NCBI GenBank assembly: GCA_965224705.1
Contig: OZ245056.1
Span: forward strand, 1,888,001 to 1,952,000
DNA length: 64,000 bases
Direction of reading: 5' to 3'
Source of the DNA: Spirochaetaceae bacterium
GTDB lineage: Bacteria; Spirochaetota; Spirochaetia; DSM-2461
Positions 10,439 through 19,973 of this stretch are shown piece after piece. The notes beneath the pieces are model-generated. The model was not told the DNA's origin, searched no databases, and worked only from the letters and a program-made list of their open reading frames with translations. Positions within the stretch are counted from its first letter, which is position 1; every line of letters starts with the position of its first letter. The translations under genes and the position numbers were made by a program.

Positions 10439-11218
10439 ATGAAAACGAAAGTGAGTCACAATGTTTCTGAAATCGTTGAAGTAATCAGCACCTGGAGCGG
10501 TGTGAGAGCTGTTATACTGCAGCACTTTGTTGAACGAGATGTGTATGATCCCAATTTCTCCATCACCATGGATGTGTTCCGTGATGGAAGCATTCCAGAC
10601 GATGATGAGCGAGCCCGTCTGTTTCCCGATGCACAGTATTATGAATCCTCCCATACCGGAGAGAAAGACCGCTTTGTTCTCAACGATATGCCTGTTCGTA
10701 TTTCCTATAAAGATTGCCATCGAGTTGAAGAAATTCTTGATTCATTGAATAGTGATAAATGGCTTTCGATGGAACAGGGGACTTATTTCTTTCACCGTCT
10801 GGCAACTGGAACTGTGGTTTGGGCTCGTGATGAATGGATTACTGATGTCAGGCAAACACTTGATACCCTTCCGGAATCCTTCTGGACTGTGTGGATAGAA
10901 TCCTGCCACAGCAAAATTGACCATTATTTCGGTGATCTTGCGGCAAGCTCATTTAAGGCTGATGCTCTCTATTTTCATCTTTCGATGACTGGATTTTTGA
11001 AATCTGTTGCAGAACTTCTTTTTGCCCTGAATCATGTTTTTCTGCCGGGCCCGCGCGATCTGACAGCTTCACTTTTCCTGCTGGATCTTCTTCCTGAGGG
11101 ATTTGAAGCTAGCTGGGCAAGCCTTCTCAGGGAAGATCCTGAACTTCCATTTGAACGAAAGCGCGAAATTGCCGAATTACTGGCCTCCGGAGTATTTGCA
11201 CTGAAATCGGAAGAATAG
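10439..11218 (+). CDS. Conserved hypothetical protein, nucleotidyltransferase-like (DUF4037-like)
   Basis: 259-aa ORF; LFALNHVFLPG and FERKREIAEL resemble spirochaete DUF4037-type proteins. Confidence 0.6.
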   Translation: MKTKVSHNVSEIVEVISTWSGVRAVILQHFVERDVYDPNFSITMDVFRDGSIPDDDERARLFPDAQYYESSHTGEKDRFVLNDMPVRISYKDCHRVEEILDSLNSDKWLSMEQGTYFFHRLATGTVVWARDEWITDVRQTLDTLPESFWTVWIESCHSKIDHYFGDLAASSFKADALYFHLSMTGFLKSVAELLFALNHVFLPGPRDLTASLFLLDLLPEGFEASWASLLREDPELPFERKREIAELLASGVFALKSEE

Positions 11219-11271
11219 ACTTTACAAATATCTGAGATATGACTAGGATACATCCTTTGAAAGGTGAATAA

Positions 11272-11499
11272 ATGTCCAGGAAATGTGTAATATGCGGAAA
11301 AGGTACAATCTCAGGGAACAATGTCCCAAGGAAAGGTTTGCCAAAGAAACAGGGGGGTGCGGGTCAGCACATAGGTGTAAAAACAAAGCGTTTGTTTAAA
11401 CCTAATTTGATGAAGGTAAAGGCCCTGGTGGAAGGGAAGCCCAGGTCCATCAAGATATGTGCCCGCTGTCTTAAAACCGGGAAAATTGTCAAGGCCTGA
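11272..11499 (+). CDS. rpmB: 50S ribosomal protein L28 (Cys-containing form)
   Basis: MSRKCVICGK...RLFKPNL...ICARCLK. Confidence 0.96.
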   Translation: MSRKCVICGKGTISGNNVPRKGLPKKQGGAGQHIGVKTKRLFKPNLMKVKALVEGKPRSIKICARCLKTGKIVKA

Positions 11500-12717
11500 T
11501 CAATCGACCTGTGTTCTCAGGGATGAAGCCAGTGTACGCAGGAAGAACCCCACATCACTGACAACTCCAACAGTATGATTGCTTCCTCTGTCTGCAAGTT
11601 TGGTAACGACAGCAGGATTGATATCAATACAGACGGTTTTAATCCAGCTTGGTGTCATGTTGCCTGTTCCAATAGAATGGAGCATGGTTGACAGCATCAT
11701 AATCATGTCAGCATCGGCAATAATATCAGCATAGGCATTCTGAGCCTTGATCATGTCCATCTCAGTTTCCGGCAGGGGTCCATCATCCCTGATGGAACCA
11801 GCCAGACAAAATGGAATACGGGCCTGAAGAAGTTCGTACATCAATCCGGAAGTCAGTACTCCAGCATCCATCATTTTCCTGATAGAACCATAGCTGTAAA
11901 CTTTGTTTATAGCCATCATATGGTGTTTATGTCCCTCATGAGTGGGCTGTCCTGTAACAAGATCCACCCCAAGTGATGTGCCGTAAAGCTGAGATTCCAG
12001 ATCATGGACGGCAATGGCGTTTCCGCCCAGAAAAGCATTTATCCATCCCTTCCGCACAAGTGCTGCCAGGGCATCAGTTCCGCCCGTATGCACCACGACC
12101 GGTCCGGCAACAGCAACGATTTTACCACCATTCGATCGAATTTCCTGCATCTGTTCAGCGATTTTCTCTGCGGATTGAGTGGCGTTTCTTTCTGATGAGA
12201 CATCGTTCGCCATGAAGGAAAAGGAGTCACTGGCACCTGCAATCTCCGGAGGATGAACCCGGACCGAGTCCGATCCGGTTAGAACACAATCGCCCCTTAT
12301 CAACTCCCTGAGTTTTACACATTCGGGTCCGTTCTTCCTCAGTACAATGGAAGCATCCATACGCTGTTTTCTGACCTCGGCCCACTGACCTCCTGTATAG
12401 ATCTCGGTACGGTGGTTTGTTGTCGAATAAAAGCCTTCGGGAGCGGCTTTGTCTCGAATCACCTCAACCCAGACTGCTTCACTTTCCCCCTCGACCTGCA
12501 CGCCCAGCGCCGTCAGTTTTCTCGCAACAGTTTCCAGAAGGTTGTTATCCCCAGCTTTCAGCATCATCTGAAGAGATGATTCCTGGTCTGGAACCTTGCC
12601 TATATTGAAGTGTGTAATCTCGTAGTCGGCCCCTTCATCAAGAATGATGGCAAGAATTCTTGAAAGTAATCCTGAGTCGATGAGATGTCCCTTGCAGAGC
12701 AGTGATTTTGTCACCAT
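11500..12717 (-). CDS. TIGR00300-family protein (LOR/SDH-like, ornithine cyclodeaminase type)
   Basis: GHLIDSG, FYSTTNHRT, GPVVVHTGG, LAGSIRDDGPLP, MLHSIGTGNM, VTKLADRG. Confidence 0.9.
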   Translation of the reverse strand: MVTKSLLCKGHLIDSGLLSRILAIILDEGADYEITHFNIGKVPDQESSLQMMLKAGDNNLLETVARKLTALGVQVEGESEAVWVEVIRDKAAPEGFYSTTNHRTEIYTGGQWAEVRKQRMDASIVLRKNGPECVKLRELIRGDCVLTGSDSVRVHPPEIAGASDSFSFMANDVSSERNATQSAEKIAEQMQEIRSNGGKIVAVAGPVVVHTGGTDALAALVRKGWINAFLGGNAIAVHDLESQLYGTSLGVDLVTGQPTHEGHKHHMMAINKVYSYGSIRKMMDAGVLTSGLMYELLQARIPFCLAGSIRDDGPLPETEMDMIKAQNAYADIIADADMIMMLSTMLHSIGTGNMTPSWIKTVCIDINPAVVTKLADRGSNHTVGVVSDVGFFLRTLASSLRTQVD

Positions 12718-12727
12718 GAAGTAGATA

Positions 12728-13402
12728 TTAACCTGCCGGATGTAGTTTGTCGATGTAAAGTTGAATAAATTTGTTCAGCTGCCTGCGATTATACTGCATA
12801 ATCCACCGGGGATGCGGAAGGGGTTCAATTTGTTCGAAAAAACGGTGACGTTCATTGAAGTCCCTGAGGTACCTGAAGTTGGTTCCCTGCCCCATGCAGA
12901 ATGCAACCGATCTATTTGCTCCAGCGGCAATCTGCTTCTCCATGACAGCGGCCATCCACTTATCCAGTTGTGTCGGCAGTCCTTTCACATCATAGTAATT
13001 AAGATTTTTACCGTTTCGAATAAATCCTACAGGACTCAATGCCGTGATGTAGAAACGCTGGTAAAAGGCAGAGACACCGCCGAAGGCGGAGATCATCCTA
13101 TATACGAAATCACTTGAAAGCTCCCGCCCGCCGATTATGGAATGATCTATACTGCAATCCCCGGCCAGGCGAATTGGATCCGTGAAACAGATTCCGGTTA
13201 CCCCTGCACCAAAGCGGCCTGGATTTATACCGATGAGAAATATCCGTTTGCCGGTATCATTGAAAAAACTGGAATAGAAATGCTGCATTACCCTTTTGAC
13301 TTCCGGGTTACCGTAAGGCCAGAGAATTTCCACATCGTCGGGGATATTCTCCGGTGGAGTAAGGGTTTCAAAGAAATTGAGAATGTATGCGCCAAAACTC
13401 AT
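12728..13402 (-). CDS. SMUG2/DUF4918 uracil-DNA glycosylase family
   Basis: GINPGRFGAGVTG, FTDP, ELSSDF, NLNYYD, LPHPRWIMQY. Confidence 0.88.
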   Translation of the reverse strand: MSFGAYILNFFETLTPPENIPDDVEILWPYGNPEVKRVMQHFYSSFFNDTGKRIFLIGINPGRFGAGVTGICFTDPIRLAGDCSIDHSIIGGRELSSDFVYRMISAFGGVSAFYQRFYITALSPVGFIRNGKNLNYYDVKGLPTQLDKWMAAVMEKQIAAGANRSVAFCMGQGTNFRYLRDFNERHRFFEQIEPLPHPRWIMQYNRRQLNKFIQLYIDKLHPAG

Positions 13403-13461
13403 CAATAGTTCCAGAAAGAATCTTAGTGTCAGAAAGCTTGTTAATGCAACAAAAATCCATG

Positions 13462-13572
13462 TTCCGGGAGTGGAATCTGGCCGTTATGATCCGTTGTATG
13501 TGAAGGTTCAGTATGAGATTGGACTCCCGAGATGGGTTGAAGGAGGTTTTACAGGCTTTCTGACACCCGGTA
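13462..13572. ncRNA. Candidate structured RNA in a divergent intergenic region (partial 6S-like features)
   Basis: The ends can pair (CCGGGAGTG...CACCCGG); alternative stem CGGGAGTGGAATCT/AGATTGGACTCCCG; CTGAACC on the minus strand; only about 110 nt. Confidence 0.25.
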
Positions 13573-13720
13573 AGGAAGACCTTAACCACAATAGTTCTTG
13601 ACTTGAACTTTTGTTACGGTGTTGTCAAAATACCCACACAGCCCGGCTGTACGCAGGCGAAAATCTCTTCGTCAACTCCCTGAAGCTGTTTTCCAGAGGT
13701 ACTCTGAGGATGAAGCCTCC

Positions 13721-14299
13721 ATGTTAAAGATCTACCTGGACTGCTGGAATTTATCGACAGAGACTCATTTCCAGTCAGCCAGAAACCGCAATGCCGGTAT
13801 TGAACAGCGCATAGCCTCCCTGTCCATGAATTCCAGGGTAGAAATCAGCCTTGAGTCATCAGGAAAGCCCGTGGTCCTTCAGCCGGAGGGCTGGTATTTC
13901 AATCTTTCCCATAGTGGAGATTTCGCCTTCTGTGCCTACTCCACCGCAGCGATTGGATTGGATCTGGAGTTGCATAAGAAACGGAACTTCAGTTTGATAA
14001 TGGAATCGTGGTTCCAAAAAAAGGAGCGGATTCTACTGAAGGATTCAATGTGTTTTCAGAACTTCTATACAATCTGGACTAGAAAAGAAGCCTGGCTGAA
14101 GATGCATGGAAAAAGTATCTGGAACCTGGGTGAAACGCCTGATATGACTGAAGTCCCTCCAGGCATTCAAAGCTATGAACTTGAGTGGAATGAAAAACTC
14201 TACAGCTTATCCTGGTCGCTGGACAATCCCGATCATCAGAAAACAGAACTCATCCCATTTTTCTCCAGCCCGGAACTTATACCTATTACCCATTTCTGA
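13721..14299 (+). CDS. 4'-phosphopantetheinyl transferase (Sfp family)
   Basis: GKP, FNLSHSG, IGLDLE, WTRKEAWLK. Confidence 0.9.
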   Translation: MLKIYLDCWNLSTETHFQSARNRNAGIEQRIASLSMNSRVEISLESSGKPVVLQPEGWYFNLSHSGDFAFCAYSTAAIGLDLELHKKRNFSLIMESWFQKKERILLKDSMCFQNFYTIWTRKEAWLKMHGKSIWNLGETPDMTEVPPGIQSYELEWNEKLYSLSWSLDNPDHQKTELIPFFSSPELIPITHF

Positions 14300-14360
14300 A
14301 ACTCAGTAGACAATACTTGACCTTACAGCCAAGTAGACTTATAACCTTGTCACAAGAGGC

Positions 14361-15152
14361 ATGATGAAAACAGTTCTGGAGTTTAAGAAGCAGAAAGAAA
14401 GAGGTGAAAAGATTACCGTAGTAACGGCGTATGACTATACAATAGCAAGTGTGTTCAATGATTCTTTGATTGACTGCCTGCTGGTAGGAGACAGCCTTGC
14501 CATGGTAATGCATGGATTCCCTTCCACTGTTTATGCCACAAATGAACTGATGGCCCTACATACAGCAGCCGTTACCCGAGGTGCTCCGGACAAGCTCACT
14601 GTTTCTGACATGCCATTTTTGAGTTACCGAAAAGGTGAGATAGAAGCAATGAAAGCTGTGGATGCCCTGATGAAAGCCGGGGCATCGGCGGTAAAAGTTG
14701 AGGGGGTAACAGGTCATCAGGAAATTATAACTCACATTGTGGAGTCTGGAATTCCAGTGATGGGACATTTAGGCCTAACCCCGCAATCAGTCCATGCCCT
14801 GGGGGGCTACAGAGTTCAGGGCAGAAAGGAAGATATGGCCGAAATCATCTTTGCCCAGGCCCTGGAATTGGAGGAACTGGGTTGTTTTTCCATGGTACTG
14901 GAATGTATCCCCCATGAACTGGCTGCCCGTATCTCCAAAAAACTGGGCATACCGACAATAGGAATTGGTGCGGGTCCCGGTGTGGATGGACAGGTCCTGG
15001 TTTGGCAGGATATGTTGGGCTTAACCGGTATGAATCCGAAATTCTTGAAACATTATCTTGATGGAAAAGAGATTTTCAGAGACGCCATCAAATCCTTTTG
15101 CAGTGAGGTTAAAAACGGAGTGTATCCCCAGTTGGAGCACAGCTATCAGTAG
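14361..15152 (+). CDS. panB: 3-methyl-2-oxobutanoate hydroxymethyltransferase
   Basis: TAYD, LVGDSL, DMPFLSY, GHLGLTPQS, IGIGAG, GQVLV. Confidence 0.97.
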   Translation: MMKTVLEFKKQKERGEKITVVTAYDYTIASVFNDSLIDCLLVGDSLAMVMHGFPSTVYATNELMALHTAAVTRGAPDKLTVSDMPFLSYRKGEIEAMKAVDALMKAGASAVKVEGVTGHQEIITHIVESGIPVMGHLGLTPQSVHALGGYRVQGRKEDMAEIIFAQALELEELGCFSMVLECIPHELAARISKKLGIPTIGIGAGPGVDGQVLVWQDMLGLTGMNPKFLKHYLDGKEIFRDAIKSFCSEVKNGVYPQLEHSYQ

Positions 15153-15160
15153 GGGATAAG

Positions 15161-15916
15161 ATGGAAGTTGTACACAATATTGAGGATTGGCAGACAATCA
15201 GACGCAGTTTCTCATCTGTAGACCTTGGACTGGTGCCCACCATGGGGGCACTTCACCAGGGACACCTCTCACTTTTGTCGCATGCCTTGAGAGATAATAA
15301 GTTTACAGTCGTCAGTATTTTTATAAATCCAACTCAGTTCAACGATCCCGGTGATCTAAGCCGATATCCTCGTAATCTGGACAGGGATCTGGAACTTCTC
15401 AGAGCCGAAGGTACCCACTATGTGTTTGTTCCTCAGGCAGAGGAAATCTATCAGGATAACTACCGCTACCGGGTAACCGAAACGGAATTGACCTCCCAGC
15501 TTTGCGGAATGAATCGTCCCGGTCATTTTACCGGAGTGTTGACAGTTGTTCTTAAGCTTTTTAACATTATCAGTCCTCAGCGAGCTTATTTCGGCGAGAA
15601 GGATTATCAGCAGTTTCTACTCATTCAGGGGATGGTAAAAAACCTGTTCCTGCCGATTGAAATCGTCCCTGTTCCCACTGTCCGGGAGAGCGATGGCCTG
15701 GCGTTGAGTTCACGGAATCTTCTTTTAAACTCTGAAGAACGAATTCTCGCTGGTCGATTCCCCGAAATTCTCCGGGAATCGGCCACAGCTCCTGAAGCAA
15801 AAAAACGGCTGCTTGCCAATGGTATAGAAGTGGATTACGTTGAAGAACTGTACAATCGCCGTTTTGGAGCGGTAAAGATAGGTAAGGTGAGGTTGATAGA
15901 CAATGTCCCGATATAA
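15161..15916 (+). CDS. panC: Pantoate-beta-alanine ligase (short C-terminal domain)
   Basis: PTMGALHQGH, RPGHF, FGEKDYQQ, DGLALSSRN, RLIDN. Confidence 0.96.
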   Translation: MEVVHNIEDWQTIRRSFSSVDLGLVPTMGALHQGHLSLLSHALRDNKFTVVSIFINPTQFNDPGDLSRYPRNLDRDLELLRAEGTHYVFVPQAEEIYQDNYRYRVTETELTSQLCGMNRPGHFTGVLTVVLKLFNIISPQRAYFGEKDYQQFLLIQGMVKNLFLPIEIVPVPTVRESDGLALSSRNLLLNSEERILAGRFPEILRESATAPEAKKRLLANGIEVDYVEELYNRRFGAVKIGKVRLIDNVPI

Positions 15917-16451
15917 GGTTTTGCTGAGTTTGACCGGATCCATTGCCTGCTACAAAAGCTGTTCTGTTATTTCAGAACTTATGCAGAACAATGTGGATGT
16001 TCAGGCTGCATGTACTCAATCCTCTCTCAGATTTATTGGTAAAGCGACATTGGAAGGTTTAACCCGAAGGGATATTTACTCCGATATGTTTGATTCTTCC
16101 GGGAATATAGAACATGTGAACCTCACAAACTGGTATGATTTAGCCATAATTTGTCCTGCTACCGGAAATATGATCAACAAAATTGCTGCAGGAATCGCCG
16201 ATGATCCGGTGTCCTGTCTTTTTCTGGCTCATGATTTCAAACTCCCCTGCATAATTGCACCGGCAATGAACGCCAGAATGTATGAGCATCCGCGGACTCA
16301 AGAATCCATTCGCACTCTGAAGAGTTGGGGAATCAATGTTCTTGGGACTGAAACGGGATACCAGGCCTGCGGAACAATTGGCCCCGGCAGGCTGTTACCG
16401 CCTGAAACCATTGTAAAAATCATAATGAAAGAGTTGAACGGCGGTCAATGA
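15903..16451 (+). CDS. coaC: Phosphopantothenoylcysteine decarboxylase (stand-alone)
   Basis: TGSIACYK, PATGN, PAMNARMY, QACG..GPGRL. Confidence 0.9.
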   Translation: MSRYKVLLSLTGSIACYKSCSVISELMQNNVDVQAACTQSSLRFIGKATLEGLTRRDIYSDMFDSSGNIEHVNLTNWYDLAIICPATGNMINKIAAGIADDPVSCLFLAHDFKLPCIIAPAMNARMYEHPRTQESIRTLKSWGINVLGTETGYQACGTIGPGRLLPPETIVKIIMKELNGGQ

Positions 16452-17128
16452 GAATCCTGATTACTTCCGGTGCAACTCAGGAGCCTGTCGACGGGGTAAG
16501 GCATCTCACAAACTTCAGCAGCGGCAAAACTGGTGCTGGACTCTCAGAAATTCTGGCAGCAAAGCATCAGATTACATTCCTATATGGCAGAAACAGTGTG
16601 CTGCCGAATACTCCCGTCATCAGCCAGGAGTATCAAACATTTCAAGAACTCAACCAGATTCTAATTGAAGTGCTGAGAAATAATTCCTACAGTCTCATCA
16701 TACATGCCGCTGCGATAAGTGATTATTCAATCTCCCATATTGAGCTGAATGGAAAAACATATCAGCCATCAAAACTTCTCAAGATACAATCCGGAGTTAA
16801 TCTTTCAATTCATACACGAAGCAATTTCAAGATAATAGACAGGCTGAAAGAATACGCACTCTCCAATCCCAGCGTGACAGAGCCGCCCATACTTGTGGGA
16901 TTCAAGCTTACCAATACTGATGATAAGGAAATTCAGAAAAAGGAAGTCGCCAGGCTGGCATCTCATGCCCCTGTTGATTTCATTGTTCATAACGATCTCC
17001 ATGAGATACAATCTCAGGGAATTCATCTCTATAATCTCTATAAAGGCGAGAACACATTGAAAACAAATATTACAATGGAAGAATTGGGATTACTGCTCCC
17101 TCAACTGTCCGATGGAAATGACGTATGA
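16448..17128 (+). CDS. coaB: Phosphopantothenate-cysteine ligase (stand-alone)
   Basis: ITSGATQEPVDGVR, NFSSGKTG, HAAAISDY, VGFKL. Confidence 0.88.
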   Translation: MRILITSGATQEPVDGVRHLTNFSSGKTGAGLSEILAAKHQITFLYGRNSVLPNTPVISQEYQTFQELNQILIEVLRNNSYSLIIHAAAISDYSISHIELNGKTYQPSKLLKIQSGVNLSIHTRSNFKIIDRLKEYALSNPSVTEPPILVGFKLTNTDDKEIQKKEVARLASHAPVDFIVHNDLHEIQSQGIHLYNLYKGENTLKTNITMEELGLLLPQLSDGNDV

Positions 17129-17898
17129 CCCTGGCTCTTGACGTCGGTAACAGTCATATATTCGGCGGAGTTATCCACAGGAAAACAATGCTGATTCAGT
17201 TTCGAAAATCCTCCCGTGTCAGTGTAACTTCTGATGAAATCGGAGTATTCCTCAGAGGTGTCCTGGGGGAAAACAATGTTGCTTCCAGAGATATAAAACA
17301 TATTGCGATATGCTCAGTGGTCCCCGATCTTGTTCACACTCTCAATAATACCTGTATAAAGTATTTTGGCATTACTCCCTTTATCTTAAATTCTGATGTA
17401 CAGACCGGATTGATTATCAAGTATAGAAACCCCCAGGAATTGGGAGCAGACCGCATTGCAAATGCTATTGAAGGAATTCATCTCTTTCCCAATCAAAACA
17501 TTATTATTGTTGACTTCGGGACAGCCACGACTATTTGTGCCATCAACAAAAATAAAGAATACCTTGGCGGGTTGATTTTGCCGGGATTGCGGATCTCCAT
17601 GCAGGCACTGTCATCGGAAACGGCAAAACTTCCCATTGTTGAGATTAAACCGCCCGGAGACCTTATTGGGCAATCAACAGTCGAAAGCATTCAGTCTGGC
17701 CTGTACTATGGCAACATGGCCATTATTGAAACAATTTGTAAATCAATAAAAACTCAGTCCTTCAACGATGAGGATTCCGTAGTGATTGGAACCGGGGGGT
17801 TTGTCCGGCTTTTCGAACGGGAGACTCTTTTTGATGTCGTCATCCCGGACCTGGTTCTGACGGGACTGTGCAGGGCTGTAGAGTTAAATCTTCCATAA
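17125..17898 (+). CDS. coaX: Type III pantothenate kinase
   Basis: LDVGNS, LGADR, VDFGTATT, GGLILPG, GTGG. Confidence 0.95.
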   Translation: MTLALDVGNSHIFGGVIHRKTMLIQFRKSSRVSVTSDEIGVFLRGVLGENNVASRDIKHIAICSVVPDLVHTLNNTCIKYFGITPFILNSDVQTGLIIKYRNPQELGADRIANAIEGIHLFPNQNIIIVDFGTATTICAINKNKEYLGGLILPGLRISMQALSSETAKLPIVEIKPPGDLIGQSTVESIQSGLYYGNMAIIETICKSIKTQSFNDEDSVVIGTGGFVRLFERETLFDVVIPDLVLTGLCRAVELNLP

Positions 17899-18003
17899 TG
17901 TCAGTAAGCTTGTAAGTTAATTCCCAATCACATCCTGAAGAGGATTCTCCCTCACAGCTCTGTACGGATCTGTTTCACTTCATGCTGTGTAATGAATGGG
18001 GAT

Positions 18004-18867
18004 CTACTCTTCATCTTTGCCATAGGGAATACCATCTGCGGCAGGGGCCCTGGTTTTGCCCGTCATTCCGGCCAGTACTACCACGGCGAGGATGTAGGGA
18101 AGCATCTGTACAAATTGACCCGGGATTGGAATTCTTGTTTCAAACATGATGCGAAAAGTATCAGCGTAGCCGAAGAGAAAAGCTGCCAGAACTGCCCCGA
18201 CAGGATGCCACCGTCCGAATATCATGGCTGCCAGAGCTATGAAACCCCGTCCGCCGGTCATGCCGCTGATCCATTGGGAAGGATAGAGAGTAGCCGCTGC
18301 CAGTCCACACATTCCGCCGGAGATTAAAACTCCTGCGTATCGCATCAGGTAGACATTGACTCCCAGAGTATCAGCCGCACCAGGATTCTCGCCCACCGAA
18401 CGCAATCTCATTCCAAAAACTGTTTTGTAGAGAACAAACCATGAGATCAGTGTTATGGGAATAAGGGCGAAAGCAAAAACACTCACACCCATGTACTGAG
18501 GAAACAGATAGGCATTGATCTCCGACTGAGTTTCCTGGGCATAGATTTCCTGACTCAAAAAGCGTGCAATTCCAAATGCCAGAATATTCAGCGCAACACC
18601 TGAAACAATCTGATCGACCTTGAACGTGATGGCTGCTACAGCATGAATCAATGCAATCAGCATACCGGCTATAACAGCGGTCAGAAGTCCGAGAGCGATG
18701 CTTTGAAAGACCATGGCCCCGAACACAATGAAGAAACAGGTAATAATCATGATGCCTTCAAGAGCGATGTTCACCACTCCGCTCCGTTCGGAAAAAACGG
18801 CTCCAATGGCGGCAAATGCTATGGGAGAAGACATTTCAAGACCATTTAGAATAAAATCAAGAAACAT
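18004..18867 (-). CDS. Nucleoside/sugar ABC transporter permease
   Basis: SERSGVVNIALEG, RLRSVGENP, GRGFIALAA. Confidence 0.93.
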   Translation of the reverse strand: MFLDFILNGLEMSSPIAFAAIGAVFSERSGVVNIALEGIMIITCFFIVFGAMVFQSIALGLLTAVIAGMLIALIHAVAAITFKVDQIVSGVALNILAFGIARFLSQEIYAQETQSEINAYLFPQYMGVSVFAFALIPITLISWFVLYKTVFGMRLRSVGENPGAADTLGVNVYLMRYAGVLISGGMCGLAAATLYPSQWISGMTGGRGFIALAAMIFGRWHPVGAVLAAFLFGYADTFRIMFETRIPIPGQFVQMLPYILAVVVLAGMTGKTRAPAADGIPYGKDEE

Positions 18868-18872
18868 ACTTA

Positions 18873-19973
18873 TTACACCACCTCCTTCTTCCGTCGAGCT
18901 ATGATGTCTCTCATTACAACCTCATTGGAAACAACAATGACCAGAATCATCAAACCAGTAATAACGTAAATAACCGAGTTGGGGACCGATGTATAGAGTT
19001 GAAGACCATATCCGGCCTGCCTCAAGAATGCAAATACAATGGATGAAAATACAACTCCAAGGGGTGAATTCCGACCAATGAGAGCAATGGCAATTCCATC
19101 AAATCCTATACCCGAGGCGATTTCAAATGTGTAGAAGCCCCTGATAGCAAATATTTCCTGCAATCCAATGAGTCCTGCCAGCGACCCACTGAATAGAAAT
19201 GCTCCGATTTGAACCTGACCCACCTTCACTCCGGCATATTTCGCAACATCCACCGCCGTTCCCACAGCTCTGATCTCGAATCCATAGCGAAGTCTATACA
19301 GAAGAAACCAAACAAGGAAACCCATTATTACAGCAACTATCAGACTGTAATCAAGATAAACATAATCTGGAATATTTAATCCAATGGCCCTGAAAATATG
19401 ATTGAACGTACCAAACAAAGCTGTATCCCGTATCTGCCGGGTTTGAGCTTCCAGATTGACACCCGATTCCACACCTGAAAGAGGTCCATTAACAAGGTAA
19501 TTCATCAGGGCCAGAGCAATGCTGTTAAACATTATGGTTGTTATAACCTCATGGACGCCTTTTCGGACCTTCAGGAAAGCAGGAATTGCTGCCCAGAGAG
19601 CTCCTCCCAGCATACTGGCCAGTACAATGACAGGAAGATGTAGAAAGGTGGGTAATTTCAGGTAGATGCCGGCCAGAGCCCCCACAAGACCGCCCACAAA
19701 GTACTGTCCCTCAACCCCAATGTTAAAAATACCTGCCTTGAAGGCAAAGGACACAGCCAGTCCCGCAAGAAAAAGAGGAATCGCAATTGAAAAAACCGTA
19801 GCCAGCCTGGGAGTTGTGCTCAGAATGAATTTGTAGATTGCGACAAAGACCTTGCCAGGGCTTTCACCCACAACCAGTGTAACAATCAGCAGGATTATCA
19901 GAGATGCAGCAAATCCAAACAGAGGTGCGGTCAATTCCAGTAATTTGTACTTATCAATTCCTGGTTTCTTCAT
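18873..19973 (-). CDS. Nucleoside/sugar ABC transporter permease
   Basis: FNIGVEGQ, EVITTIM, GFDGIAIALIG. Confidence 0.93.
   Translation of the reverse strand: MKKPGIDKYKLLELTAPLFGFAASLIILLIVTLVVGESPGKVFVAIYKFILSTTPRLATVFSIAIPLFLAGLAVSFAFKAGIFNIGVEGQYFVGGLVGALAGIYLKLPTFLHLPVIVLASMLGGALWAAIPAFLKVRKGVHEVITTIMFNSIALALMNYLVNGPLSGVESGVNLEAQTRQIRDTALFGTFNHIFRAIGLNIPDYVYLDYSLIVAVIMGFLVWFLLYRLRYGFEIRAVGTAVDVAKYAGVKVGQVQIGAFLFSGSLAGLIGLQEIFAIRGFYTFEIASGIGFDGIAIALIGRNSPLGVVFSSIVFAFLRQAGYGLQLYTSVPNSVIYVITGLMILVIVVSNEVVMRDIIARRKKEVV

Noticed and set aside
13377..13601. 74-aa plus-strand ORF
   Set aside because: No RBS or motif; it overlaps the start of the divergent gene, and an RNA structure explains the region at least as well.
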